IMG/VR virus record: IMGVR_UViG_3300037296_000054
Location: 1-35,556 of that record
Origin: a virus
Lineage: Duplodnaviria; Caudoviricetes
Length of the DNA: 35,556 nt
Direction: 5' to 3' (one strand)
The notes under the pieces were generated by a model. The model made no database searches, was not told the origin of the DNA, and was given only the letters and a program-made list of their open reading frames with translations. Within the stretch, counting starts at the first letter, position 1. The number at the start of each line of letters is the position of its first letter. Both the position numbers and the translations under genes were made by a program. This document shows positions 25,911-34,479 of this stretch, piece after piece.

Positions 25911-25945
25911 ACCTTGCCCTACGCAGGCCCGAAGTTGCCCGTCAC

Positions 25946-26317
25946 CTAATCGGTGGCGGGTTTTTCTTTGCTGACGTAGAAACGCGGCTCTGGCTTGATG
26001 TCTGCAATGGTGTCGCTGATTAACGCCTTCTCAGCATATGCAGCCATACGCCGCACCGTTGCATTAGGCGCAGCGCCAGGCGACTCCACGATATCAGCCA
26101 GAGCAGCCCACAAGTTTCCGTGCGCCTCCCGCAGCTTGGCAATCTCGGACTGCGCGGCGTCGTGCAGATCGGCGCGGATGTAACGTTGCGGTGTCCCGTC
26201 GCTTTCGTCCCACACCTGATCTTGGCACCACATCCGGCCTTCTTCGGTATATTCTGCGGCTTTCGGTTCTAGCCAGATTTCGGCATGGTCCGGCGCGTCT
26301 GTCTGGTCAATCGTCAT
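25946..26317 (-). CDS. hypothetical early protein
   Basis: EIWLEP...GRMWCQD.VW...YIRADL pattern; ATG overlaps the upstream gene. Confidence 0.7.
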   Translation of the reverse strand: MTIDQTDAPDHAEIWLEPKAAEYTEEGRMWCQDQVWDESDGTPQRYIRADLHDAAQSEIAKLREAHGNLWAALADIVESPGAAPNATVRRMAAYAEKALISDTIADIKPEPRFYVSKEKPATD

Positions 26318-26624
26318 CGCTGTATTCCTTCAATGCCTCGTGCGCGGCCATCATCTCAACCACGTCGCCACTGGCGCAGGCGCGGACTGCCGATTTAATT
26401 TCTTGCTGCATGATGTTGATGCTGAATTGCATTCCCGGCCCCATGTCGTGGTCGCGCATGTAGCCCTGCCAGCGTTCCTTTTTGGCTGTCACGCGGGCGA
26501 TTTCACGGGGTAGCGTGTCGGCCAGTGTCTCCGGCGCGTCTGTCTGGGCGGCATCCGGCAAGTCCCGCTCGTGCTCCATCGGGCTGCAGCGGCTGTTCGG
26601 CGTGGGGTCTGTCTGGGCGGTCAT
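26307..26624 (-). CDS. hypothetical early protein
   Basis: TLPREIARV...ASGDVVEM...LKEY; GGAGG SD. Confidence 0.7.
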   Translation of the reverse strand: MTAQTDPTPNSRCSPMEHERDLPDAAQTDAPETLADTLPREIARVTAKKERWQGYMRDHDMGPGMQFSINIMQQEIKSAVRACASGDVVEMMAAHEALKEYSDDD

Positions 26625-26821
26625 GGGCGGGCCTCCTTTTTAACTCGTCCTGCATGAAAGTCGCGGACGGTCCCGCATTTGCAGGTATGGGTCAGCGTTT
26701 CGCGCCAATGCGCGGCGGCATATGCGTCAAACTTATGCGCGGCACCGCAGTGGCAGTGCCATGTATCGTTTGGCTCAAATTGTGCGCCTTTCACGGCGAA
26801 GGTGACGGTCTCAATGTGCAT
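26621..26821 (-). CDS. small zinc-ribbon-like protein
   Basis: CHCG...CKCG. Confidence 0.55.
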   Translation of the reverse strand: MHIETVTFAVKGAQFEPNDTWHCHCGAAHKFDAYAAAHWRETLTHTCKCGTVRDFHAGRVKKEARP

Positions 26822-26822
26822 C

Positions 26823-27056
26823 CTACAGCCCCCCGCAGTTCAGGCATTGCAATTCAGTCCACCACGTCCCTAGCGCCAAGAGCACTGTGCTAGTGATGTG
26901 CGGCAGTGTCAGGGCGATGATAACCAGCACGGTAGCTGCGGCGCATGCGTATGTCAGCATCGCCACGCCTAGCGCTACAGGCGGCGGGGTAGGCTTGGCC
27001 ATAGCGCCAGTGTGCAACTCGGCGTATCGTGCGGGGGTTTCGGTGTGCAGGGTCAT
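26823..27056 (-). CDS. small membrane protein
   Basis: Hydrophobic core; ATGA-coupled to the upstream gene. Confidence 0.5.
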   Translation of the reverse strand: MTLHTETPARYAELHTGAMAKPTPPPVALGVAMLTYACAAATVLVIIALTLPHITSTVLLALGTWWTELQCLNCGGL

Positions 27057-27721
27057 TGCTTCTCACCTTCCAGTAATTTTGCAAGCCGTTCGCTGCTTCC
27101 GAGGGCGGCAAGGCCAACGCGTTGCACGGCGGCGTTCATATGTGCTTCGATATCGCTCTTGGCACGTTCAACCCTCGTCTCCATGTGCTCGTCAAAGCTG
27201 TCTGCGACGAATGATATGCTTGACGTGATGTCGCACCGGATCATGGCTAGTTCGGACTGCTGCGCCTTGGTCATCTTTGTCTGAGATAGTTCGTCAATTC
27301 GATCGACTGCCCCTTGCACCATTGCCAGCATTTCATGGCCATACTTCTCTGTGCGGCGGTCAACCTTCGGCGGCTCAACCCGTTCGTGTAGAATGTGTTG
27401 CAAAGTTGCTGGGACGCCGCTCCCGCTATTCTGGGTAGATATCATCGCAGCCCATTGCGCATGGCTCATATTGACTTCGATCAGTTCGCGGTCTGCGTGT
27501 ATCCAATCGCGGCCAAGGCCACGGTCACGGCTGGCACTGTGGATACGCAGGGCGACAAAACCTTGGTGTCTGTGTTCACTATCGAAAAGCGCAGCGTCCC
27601 CGCTAACGTGGCTCGCCTGCACCGTGACCATATACGGCGCTTGCTCTGTTTCGCTGTCGTGCATGGACGACTTGCGCGGCGTTTTCCAATGTGGCCACCA
27701 CTTGTCCCAGTCAATGCTCAT
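27053..27721 (-). CDS. conserved hypothetical phage protein
   Basis: 222 aa; LFDS..H..FV.LRI...EV.MS.AQWA.MIS...GSGVPAT. Confidence 0.75.
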   Translation of the reverse strand: MSIDWDKWWPHWKTPRKSSMHDSETEQAPYMVTVQASHVSGDAALFDSEHRHQGFVALRIHSASRDRGLGRDWIHADRELIEVNMSHAQWAAMISTQNSGSGVPATLQHILHERVEPPKVDRRTEKYGHEMLAMVQGAVDRIDELSQTKMTKAQQSELAMIRCDITSSISFVADSFDEHMETRVERAKSDIEAHMNAAVQRVGLAALGSSERLAKLLEGEKQ

Positions 27722-27936
27722 GCCATCACCTCGCGGTCCCGCTTTTGCTCAAGCATCCAGTCGCCGCGCTCGTCCGCAGCATCGCGGGCCATCGACACAC
27801 GGGCGGCAAAGTCGGTGCCTGCGTCGATCAGCGCGTTCTCAACCGTGGCTGGTGTCGCCTCTGGGTGATCGGCAAGCCATTCCTCAATGCGGGCGTTCAG
27901 TTCGTGGTTCAGGTCAGTTTGCAGGGTGTGTTGCAT
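27718..27936 (-). CDS. hypothetical protein
   Basis: GAGG SD before MQHTLQTDL; ATGA-coupled downstream. Confidence 0.55.
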   Translation of the reverse strand: MQHTLQTDLNHELNARIEEWLADHPEATPATVENALIDAGTDFAARVSMARDAADERGDWMLEQKRDREVMA

Positions 27937-28087
27937 CTTGTGCCTCGTTCCAGTTGTACAGGTAGTCATCAATCGCGTCGGCTTGCGTTGGCCCTTGGCC
28001 GACAATCTCGCCGTCGGTGGCCTCCCAATCGTATTCGCGCCAGGGTATCGGCGGCGCGACGTATGCGATGTTTACGCGCGTTGTCAT
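27914..28087 (-). CDS. hypothetical protein
   Basis: PPIPWREYDWEA...G.GPT.ADAI pattern. Confidence 0.6.
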   Translation of the reverse strand: MTTRVNIAYVAPPIPWREYDWEATDGEIVGQGPTQADAIDDYLYNWNEAQDATHPAN

Positions 28088-28243
28088 GTCTTGCGCCCCT
28101 TCGCCAAGGTACACACGACAGCCAGCGGAACATCTGCCAGCGGGTCATATAAGCGGCGCGGTGCGGCGGGCAGGGGCGGCGATAGCGTGACGGGGGCGAC
28201 GTAATAGCGGTGCGTGTGCGTGTGCATGGGGTGTCCTTTCGGG

Positions 28244-28681
28244 TTACGGGTTAAGTTCGAGGCGGGCTTCAACCCACGCCAGCCAGTCGTGGTCTGGTCC
28301 GTATGCGGCTTCCCAAGTGGCTTGGCCGTTGTGGTAGCCGATCTTGGCTTCGTCGCCGGGGTAGGGTCGCAGCTTGTTGTGGTGACTGTGGCAAAGGGGC
28401 AGGGTCTTGGTGTCGTCCTCTCGCGCCGTTCCGTAGCGCCCGCTCTTGACGTGGTGCACTTCGGTCGGGCTATTCTGGCGCATGTCCCATTCCCAGCAGA
28501 TCACGCAGGGCAGGGCGGCAACGCGGGCCATGTGATCCAGACCAGCCTTGCCAGCGTCCGACGCACGGTGCGCTGCCCGCTTGTGGCTGATCTGCCGGAC
28601 GGGCTTGCGCAGCTTCGGCGCGTCCTTGCGGGTGCGGTCCTTTGCCAATGAGCCGATAGGGGCAATGCCTCGGATGCTCAT
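28244..28681 (-). CDS. HNH-like nuclease (Ref/DUF968-like)
   Basis: HMARVAALPCVIC...EVHH...TLPLCHSHH...H...WEAAYG. Confidence 0.8.
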   Translation of the reverse strand: MSIRGIAPIGSLAKDRTRKDAPKLRKPVRQISHKRAAHRASDAGKAGLDHMARVAALPCVICWEWDMRQNSPTEVHHVKSGRYGTAREDDTKTLPLCHSHHNKLRPYPGDEAKIGYHNGQATWEAAYGPDHDWLAWVEARLELNP

Positions 28682-29118
28682 GCCGACACCGGAACAGTCA
28701 GCACCACGCCAAGGCTCTCGAAGTGGACACGCACCGCGTCGAGGTAGGCTGTGAATTGCTTCGTCGTCATTTTGCTGGTGACGGGGAAGTCAATCGGGGC
28801 CTGCATCATCAGCAGCTTGGACTCGTATGGCAGGGGCTTCACGGTCGCCTTGTATTGGTCGCGCCACGCCTCGTTTTCGGCGTAGAGGATCGGCACCCCG
28901 ATATGCAGCTTGCACCAGCCGCGCTTTTCGTCTGCGGTGCCGTCGCCAAGCTGGGCGGCGGCTTCTGGATACCATTTGAACGATAGGTCATTCTGGCGGT
29001 TGCTGCGCTTGATGCCGTCCTCAATGGTGACGGTAAACGGCTTCTGGCGCTCCTTCATAAGCTGCACCAGATTGAACACGTCACGGGCTTCTTTGATGGG
29101 GCGCGTGGTTGTGCTCAT
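28678..29118 (-). CDS. NinB/Orf-like recombination protein
   Basis: KRSNRQN..FKWY, CKLHIGVPIL, PVTSKMTTKQFTAYL. Confidence 0.7.
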   Translation of the reverse strand: MSTTTRPIKEARDVFNLVQLMKERQKPFTVTIEDGIKRSNRQNDLSFKWYPEAAAQLGDGTADEKRGWCKLHIGVPILYAENEAWRDQYKATVKPLPYESKLLMMQAPIDFPVTSKMTTKQFTAYLDAVRVHFESLGVVLTVPVSA

Positions 29119-29861
29119 GCCGCCACCTTTTCAGCGCCTGTGCGCTTGCGGGCGTCCTGAATGGCAGACAGCACGTTCCTGGCATCGTCGGGCGATTGCG
29201 CCTCTAGCCAATCGTAATCGCCGCTGAATTTCGGATCGTCATTGATCGCGCTGAACTTCGCCGCGTCTGTCACGCTGCGCATTGCGGCGATCATGCCGTT
29301 GGCTACTTCGCGGTATTTCGGCGTAGCTGTTGCGGCTGGCTTCGGTGCATCATTGCGCGGGTCGGGCTTCGGTTCATCATCTGGCAGGTCGTGCGCGTGA
29401 AGGTCGCCCTTGTGCCACAAGTCCAGCGCAGCACCGAACCGCATGGCCGCGTTGCGCATGGCGTCGCCGATCAATTCCTTGACAGCGTTCCCACCGCTTT
29501 TGCCTTCCGCATCGCCATATCCAAGGCGCGTCTGGCCGCAGACCGTCAACTTGATCCACATGCCGCCGTTGCGGTCCAGTTCGGGCAGGCCATTGGCAGA
29601 AAGTGCCAGCGGTTCCCAATTCCACATTGGGTCGCAATCTAGCAACCGATCGGTCAAAGCGGCGTGGCCAACGTAATCTAGGTGCACCACGTCCTTGTGG
29701 TGCCATGCGCCGCAAAGCTGGCAGCGAATGCCGGACTTGAAGTCATTGCGCACGGCGTCTGTCTGCGCTTTGGTTGGCTTTGGCAGCTTGCTGATCTGGT
29801 TTGATGGGAACGGTTCACGCAGCAGGTCTAGGCCAGTTGGTTTTGCTGTTGCTTCGGTCAT
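29115..29861 (-). CDS. Rad52/Sak-like single-strand annealing protein
   Basis: LDYVGHAALTDRLL.CDP.WNW, LTVCGQTRLGYG, KELIGDAMRNAAMRFG.ALDLW. Confidence 0.8.
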   Translation of the reverse strand: MTEATAKPTGLDLLREPFPSNQISKLPKPTKAQTDAVRNDFKSGIRCQLCGAWHHKDVVHLDYVGHAALTDRLLDCDPMWNWEPLALSANGLPELDRNGGMWIKLTVCGQTRLGYGDAEGKSGGNAVKELIGDAMRNAAMRFGAALDLWHKGDLHAHDLPDDEPKPDPRNDAPKPAATATPKYREVANGMIAAMRSVTDAAKFSAINDDPKFSGDYDWLEAQSPDDARNVLSAIQDARKRTGAEKVAA

Positions 29862-30052
29862 TGTGCTGTCTCCAAAATGGCGGTCAATTTCGTGTAGTGC
29901 GCGATCTGCGCTAGTGCGTCGTCGCGGATCACCACGTATTCAGTCGTGGCGGCAACGCGGCGTGCGCGGGCAATTCGTGCGGCGATGAAGGCGGCGAAGT
30001 TGTCGCGGCGCGTGGCGTCATCGGCGGCAATAATCGGGGCGAAGGCGTTCAT
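29858..30052 (-). CDS. hypothetical protein
   Basis: GGGAG SD; ATGA-coupled downstream. Confidence 0.5.
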   Translation of the reverse strand: MNAFAPIIAADDATRRDNFAAFIAARIARARRVAATTEYVVIRDDALAQIAHYTKLTAILETAQ

Positions 30053-30054
30053 GG

Positions 30055-30303
30055 TCAGTCTCCCATTCCGCGATCTACAGGACCGCCATATGCAACCGGA
30101 TTGTTGCGGGGTTTCAGCCACCAGTATGGGCCGTTTCGGCGAATGCGGTCGGTGTCAGCGCGGGCCATCGCGGCAAGGCGGGCGTCCACATCGGCTTGTG
30201 TCTCTACGGGCGCAGCGTCAAACCAGTCGGCAACGCTGTGCGGGCGGTTCTGCCACCACGTCTCCACATCGGGCGGGCCTAGCGGGGCGCTGCGGGCGTT
30301 CAT
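30055..30303 (-). CDS. hypothetical protein
   Basis: 82 aa in a tightly packed operon. Confidence 0.5.
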   Translation of the reverse strand: MNARSAPLGPPDVETWWQNRPHSVADWFDAAPVETQADVDARLAAMARADTDRIRRNGPYWWLKPRNNPVAYGGPVDRGMGD

Positions 30304-30647
30304 GCGGCACCTGTGGCGCGGTAGGCGGCGAGGGCGGCGCGAAGTGCGTATGAGTTCCCGCCTTCGGTTGCGACGACGCAGACAACATATGGCTCAATCA
30401 GTTCCGCCATTGCGTCTGCCGCTTCCACCCGCTTGCGCAGGGCGATGACCTCGGCGGCGAGGGGTGCCATTGCCGTCAGGATCGCTTTTTCGCCGTTCAT
30501 GAAAATGGCGGTGCAAGCAACATCGTCGCACTCTGCTTCGCCGCGAAGAAATGCGCGGTTTTGCGTTGCTGTAGCGACCGCATCAACCAGCCAATCGGCA
30601 CGGTCCTTTGCTACTGCGGTGCAATTTGTGTTATCAGGAAATGTCAT
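30300..30647 (-). CDS. hypothetical protein
   Basis: GGAG SD; APLAAEVIALR...LRAALAAYRA. Confidence 0.6.
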   Translation of the reverse strand: MTFPDNTNCTAVAKDRADWLVDAVATATQNRAFLRGEAECDDVACTAIFMNGEKAILTAMAPLAAEVIALRKRVEAADAMAELIEPYVVCVVATEGGNSYALRAALAAYRATGAA

Positions 30648-30714
30648 AGCCATGCTCCAAACTTGAGGGCCACGGTTGCGCAGAACAGCGCGGCGTAGAA
30701 AAATACGGGGCGGG

Positions 30715-30936
30715 TCATAGCAGCGCCTGTTGTGCGCTGTGCGGCCATTCTGGGATGTCTACGGCGCACCAATGCGTTGCGTCTGGGTGGCTGATAGACT
30801 TGCCATCTTCGCAGCAATCTTCATGCCACCACCAATAAGCCTTAGTCCCGCCTTTGCTCTTTGGCTGGACGCCAGCCACTAATATGCGCAGATGATCCGG
30901 CGCGGTTGCAATCGGTTGCCACCCTTCGCGGGTCAT
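30715..30936 (-). CDS. DUF551-like phage protein
   Basis: WQPIATAP...ATHW motif. Confidence 0.7.
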   Translation of the reverse strand: MTREGWQPIATAPDHLRILVAGVQPKSKGGTKAYWWWHEDCCEDGKSISHPDATHWCAVDIPEWPHSAQQALL

Positions 30937-31058
30937 GCCATCACCTTCGCAGCCAGCGCAGCCCCTGCGGCGATAGCGCAGCACACGGCGATAAGGACGT
31001 AAGCGCCACGGATGATCTCGTCGTGAACGGCGGCGCGGTATTGCTCTACGGTCATCAT
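30933..31058 (-). CDS. small membrane peptide
   Basis: GAGGT SD; single TM segment; ATGA-coupled. Confidence 0.45.
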   Translation of the reverse strand: MMTVEQYRAAVHDEIIRGAYVLIAVCCAIAAGAALAAKVMA

Positions 31059-31324
31059 GACTGCACCTCGCGGGCGGCAAGCATCGCGTCGGCTGCGGCA
31101 TAGGCGGCAAGGGCGACGTGCGACCAATATTCGAAGTGTGAGGCGCGGACTTCATCCGCATCCGCATCCAACGGCATATCAACGATTTCATCGCCTCCGC
31201 TTGTTACAGCGCCCGCGAAAAATTGGCCTGCGAAGTAATCACGCAGAGACATACCAGCATCGCCGCCTTGTTCGTGGTTCCCGTGGGCGAAAGCTGGCCC
31301 ACCATCGTTGACAGGGGCGCTCAT
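31055..31324 (-). CDS. conserved phage protein (GGPAF...GMSLRDYFA family)
   Basis: DGGPAF, GMSLRDYFAGQ, AYAAADAMLAAR. Confidence 0.8.
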   Translation of the reverse strand: MSAPVNDGGPAFAHGNHEQGGDAGMSLRDYFAGQFFAGAVTSGGDEIVDMPLDADADEVRASHFEYWSHVALAAYAAADAMLAAREVQS

Positions 31325-31506
31325 GCCGACACCTGCGCAATCATGTATGCGGGAAGCTCAATCGCCTCGGCGTCCGTGACAAGCTGCCACGGGTTGCCCA
31401 GCGGACGAACGCGGGAAGGCTGGGGAAGGTAGATCGCTGCGCCGTCTGCCGTGATAAGGTCAGGCTCTGGCGTCACGTTGCGGCGGGTGGTCAGTTGGGT
31501 GTTCAT
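31321..31506 (-). CDS. hypothetical protein
   Basis: GAGGA SD; ATGA-coupled downstream. Confidence 0.55.
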   Translation of the reverse strand: MNTQLTTRRNVTPEPDLITADGAAIYLPQPSRVRPLGNPWQLVTDAEAIELPAYMIAQVSA

Positions 31507-31555
31507 GGTCTCGTCCTCTATGTGTGGGGACGGGGGATCGCCCCGCCCAGATGGG

Positions 31556-31783
31556 TTAGGCGGGTTCGTGAATCGCTAGGGCGTTCGCCTTCCGCGTGCC
31601 GTGGCGTTTTGCCGAGAAGCACTTGCCGCAGAACTGGGTTTCGTTAGCGGAATGGATTGCCGGGGCGTCGATGCTGTTGACGACAATGGCTTGGCTACAC
31701 GCAGCGCGGCCAACGGCGTTGTTCGCGCTGGACGTGGAGTAGATCGCGTGGATCTTGCCGGTGTAGTTCTTGCCGATCAGCAT
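31556..31783 (-). CDS. first gene of the leftward early operon, small His/Cys protein
   Basis: GAGGA SD; H...C...CGKC. Confidence 0.6.
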   Translation of the reverse strand: MLIGKNYTGKIHAIYSTSSANNAVGRAACSQAIVVNSIDAPAIHSANETQFCGKCFSAKRHGTRKANALAIHEPA

Positions 31784-31822
31784 GGGGCAATCCTCTATGC
31801 GGCGTTAGTGCCGTTGAGGATT

Positions 31823-31851
31823 AGAGTATGTGAAGTTTCACACGCCGTCAA
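31823..31851 (-). promoter_or_regulatory. PL-like sigma70 promoter with an operator in the spacer
   Basis: Minus strand reads TTGACG-17 nt-TACTCT; the spacer contains TGTGAAACTTCACA. Confidence 0.8.
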
Positions 31852-31872
31852 GAACAATTGGGAAAAATCACA
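31829..31872. promoter_or_regulatory. OL operators (two)
   Basis: TGTGAAGTTTCACA 31829-31842; TGGGAAAAATCACA 31859-31872. Confidence 0.7.
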
Positions 31873-31987
31873 TTTGCCATGCAAGGCGAAGCACAACTAT
31901 AAGGTTAATATATAGCAAAAATGTAGGTTTTTATGGATGAAATATTGTCGTTAACGCCTTTTCAGGCGGCTAGCTTCGCTTACGCGA

Positions 31988-32308
31988 TCAGCCAGGCTTG
32001 CGCGGAAACGCCGCAAGAGCAGCTAGAAGGCGTGATTGACCTTCTGCGTCGAATTGCTCAAGAAAATCTGCCAGATCAGAGTTAATCTTAACTCGTGACC
32101 CCAACCCCATCATTTCAGCCGGATCGGCGTCTAGCGCCTTAGCCAGTGAAAAAACGGTGGAAATCTTGGGGCTTTGGGATCTGCCCTCTTCGATGTCTTT
32201 TACATTCCGCTCACCTAGTCCGGCGCGTTCCGAAAGCTGACGGGCGTTGAAACCTTTCTCAAGGCGCAACGCTTTCAGGTTTTTGCGAAATGTATCATTG
32301 GCATCCAT
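31988..32308 (-). CDS. CI-like XRE-family repressor without an S24 peptidase domain
   Basis: FRKNLKALRLEKGFNARQLSERAGL...IEEGRSQSPKISTVFSLAKAL; divergent from a cro-like gene. Confidence 0.85.
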   Translation of the reverse strand: MDANDTFRKNLKALRLEKGFNARQLSERAGLGERNVKDIEEGRSQSPKISTVFSLAKALDADPAEMMGLGSRVKINSDLADFLEQFDAEGQSRLLAALAAFPRKPG

Positions 32309-32345
32309 GCGCTGCCTTATAGAGCAGGCCATGGATTTGGTGAAA

Positions 32346-32381
32346 TGTGAAATTTCCCCTTGTTGTGTGTGATAAATCACA
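32346..32381. promoter_or_regulatory. OR operators (two) between the cI-like and cro-like genes
   Basis: TGTGAAATTTCCCC 32346-32359; TGTGATAAATCACA 32368-32381. Confidence 0.7.
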
Positions 32382-32393
32382 TTACAAGACGTC

Positions 32394-32681
32394 ATGGCAA
32401 ACACTCATGAAATAATCACCAAACTTGAAGAAGCGGCAACGGAGTTCGGCGTAAAGCCGTCCACCATTGGCGAAAAAATCGGGCAGGGCGGTCAATTCTA
32501 CGCCCGCCTCCTTAAGGGCAAGCGGTGCTGGCCAGAGACATACGCCAAGGTTGACTTGGGTCTGCGGTTGATGCGCGAAAATGGCGATATCAATCTCCCT
32601 AGTGGCTGGCAGCGTGATCTTTCACATGGCAACGCGGCCAAGGGCTTACAAGATGCCGTGCCGAAAGAAGGTGCGGTATGA
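32394..32681 (+). CDS. Cro-like HTH regulator
   Basis: GVKPSTIGEKIGQGGQFYARLLKGK; position divergent from the repressor. Confidence 0.75.
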   Translation: MANTHEIITKLEEAATEFGVKPSTIGEKIGQGGQFYARLLKGKRCWPETYAKVDLGLRLMRENGDINLPSGWQRDLSHGNAAKGLQDAVPKEGAV

Positions 32682-33286
32682 GCATCAGCGAATACCTCTA
32701 TTGCATCGAATTGGTTGGCGGCGACATAGCCAAGATCGGCACCACTTGCCGCCCGCGCAGCCGCTTGACGAGTTTGATGTCTGGTTCCCCATTTAACATG
32801 CGGTTCCGTCATTTGCTGATGCTGGATGATCGGGGCGTTGCTGCAAGTTGGGAACGCCACATCATCGCCAATTCTGACCCGCATACTGGTCGCGGCGAAT
32901 GGGTGGCCTGCAATGACAAGATGGATGCGCTATTTCGTAGCGCCCCCGGCAAATCAGCCTTGCATAAGTTTCCCAAAATGGCAGCACCGGGTATTTCGCT
33001 TGATCCGGACCGCGCCGAGGCCAGCAACACTGACGCGCTGGTTCACGGCTTGTCACGCCCGCACGGACAACAGCCCCGCGCGAAAGACTTCAAGGGCATA
33101 GTTAGCAACTACGAGCGCACCGTCATCCACACCCGGCTGCATAGCGGCTACGGCGTCGAGGATATCCACGTCATGGACGGCTTGTCACTGGCGATGATCC
33201 GCGCCGAGGTGGCTCGACTGACAGCGGACGGCCAATTGCGCCGTGTCCTTGGCCTATCCCCCACCCCCACGGAGGCCCGCGCATGA
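32678..33286 (+). CDS. T5orf172/GIY-YIG-like domain protein
   Basis: YLYCI...KIGTT..P..RL..L..GSP...E...RGEW. Confidence 0.75.
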   Translation: MSISEYLYCIELVGGDIAKIGTTCRPRSRLTSLMSGSPFNMRFRHLLMLDDRGVAASWERHIIANSDPHTGRGEWVACNDKMDALFRSAPGKSALHKFPKMAAPGISLDPDRAEASNTDALVHGLSRPHGQQPRAKDFKGIVSNYERTVIHTRLHSGYGVEDIHVMDGLSLAMIRAEVARLTADGQLRRVLGLSPTPTEARA

Positions 33287-33504
33287 CCGATCACGAACTT
33301 ATCCGAGACGCTGCCGAGAAGGCATACGGCCTACTGTGGATGTATCTAGGCCACGCGAAACTGCCTCATGAAGCGCGGGGGCAGTTGCTGGCTCAGATTG
33401 GCAAAGCTGGGCAAGAGCGCGGCATCGCCTACGCCATTGCGAAATATGGCGAACCTGACATCGCGGCCCTGATAGCGGCCACTGACAGTGGTGACGTAGC
33501 ATGA
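33283..33504 (+). CDS. hypothetical protein
   Basis: GGAGG SD; ATGA-coupled. Confidence 0.55.
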   Translation: MTDHELIRDAAEKAYGLLWMYLGHAKLPHEARGQLLAQIGKAGQERGIAYAIAKYGEPDIAALIAATDSGDVA

Positions 33505-33704
33505 CCCGCCCCACGCTATCCCCAGCGCCGTTTGCCATTCCTTCCGCGCCTATCGCCCGATCCCGCGCGGCGCGTGTAGCCGTTGTGAGTTCCCGCGACC
33601 GCGTAGGCACTAGCTTCGCCTGGCACGTTGACGCGCGGACCTCGTATTACGTTCCCGCCCCTGACGCTGCGGCTGACGTGTGCGACCAGATCGGCGGTGT
33701 TTGA
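33501..33704 (+). CDS. hypothetical protein
   Basis: Coupled to both neighbours (ATGA and TGATG). Confidence 0.4.
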   Translation: MTRPTLSPAPFAIPSAPIARSRAARVAVVSSRDRVGTSFAWHVDARTSYYVPAPDAAADVCDQIGGV

Positions 33705-34081
33705 TGCTGACCCTGCCTTGGCCTGATAAACGCATGTCGCCTAACGCCCGCGTTCACCGCATGGCCGTTGCGCCGATCCGCAAGAAATATCGCACCGATT
33801 GCGCGTGGCTGGCGAAGGCTGCGCGGATGAATTTTGCGCATCTTGCTGAAACGGGGCTGCACCTGAGCATTACGTTTAACCCGCCTGACCGCCGCGCCCG
33901 CGATATCGACAACATGCTGGCGTCGATCAAGTCTGGCCTAGACGGCATTGCTGACGTGATCGGTGTTGACGACAGCAAGTGGGCGCTGACGATCCAGCGC
34001 GGCGATGTTGTCAAAGGCGGTGCCGTTCAGGTGGCCGTAATAGACACACGCGCCGTTGAGATTAAAGGGGCATCGCTATGA
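33704..34081 (+). CDS. rusA: RusA-like Holliday junction resolvase
   Basis: LPWP...SPN, PPDRRARDIDN...K...DG.ADVIGVDD. Confidence 0.8.
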   Translation: MLTLPWPDKRMSPNARVHRMAVAPIRKKYRTDCAWLAKAARMNFAHLAETGLHLSITFNPPDRRARDIDNMLASIKSGLDGIADVIGVDDSKWALTIQRGDVVKGGAVQVAVIDTRAVEIKGASL

Positions 34082-34440
34082 CCTTTGCAATCGCAACCGT
34101 CGCGCAAGATCAGCCGCAGCGCCCTTATGGCAGCTTTGGCAAGTATGAGCATGACGACGGCTTGAGCGTCGATCTGTCAAACTGGCAGCGTGCGGACCGC
34201 TTCAAGCGCAAGTGCCTTTCCGTCATTTGGAGTGTCGAAAGCCTCAATGATTTGGAAGGCTACCTCGCCGGACAATATTTCATGCTGGATGCCCTGCATT
34301 TGGCGCACCCTGAAATGTCCGCAGAAATTCGTGAGAACGAACAAGAATGCCGCGCTGGCTTTGCCAATGCGACAAGCCCATCGGCGCAAGCTGATCCGAC
34401 CCCGGCGGCACCGGGTAACAGCCTTGGGATTCAATTCTGA
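34078..34440 (+). CDS. hypothetical protein
   Basis: AAGGGG SD; ATGA-coupled; 120 aa. Confidence 0.6.
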   Translation: MTFAIATVAQDQPQRPYGSFGKYEHDDGLSVDLSNWQRADRFKRKCLSVIWSVESLNDLEGYLAGQYFMLDALHLAHPEMSAEIRENEQECRAGFANATSPSAQADPTPAAPGNSLGIQF

Positions 34441-34479
34441 GGCAGCGCGATTTGAGCGCACAAGTGAAAGACGAAAAAC

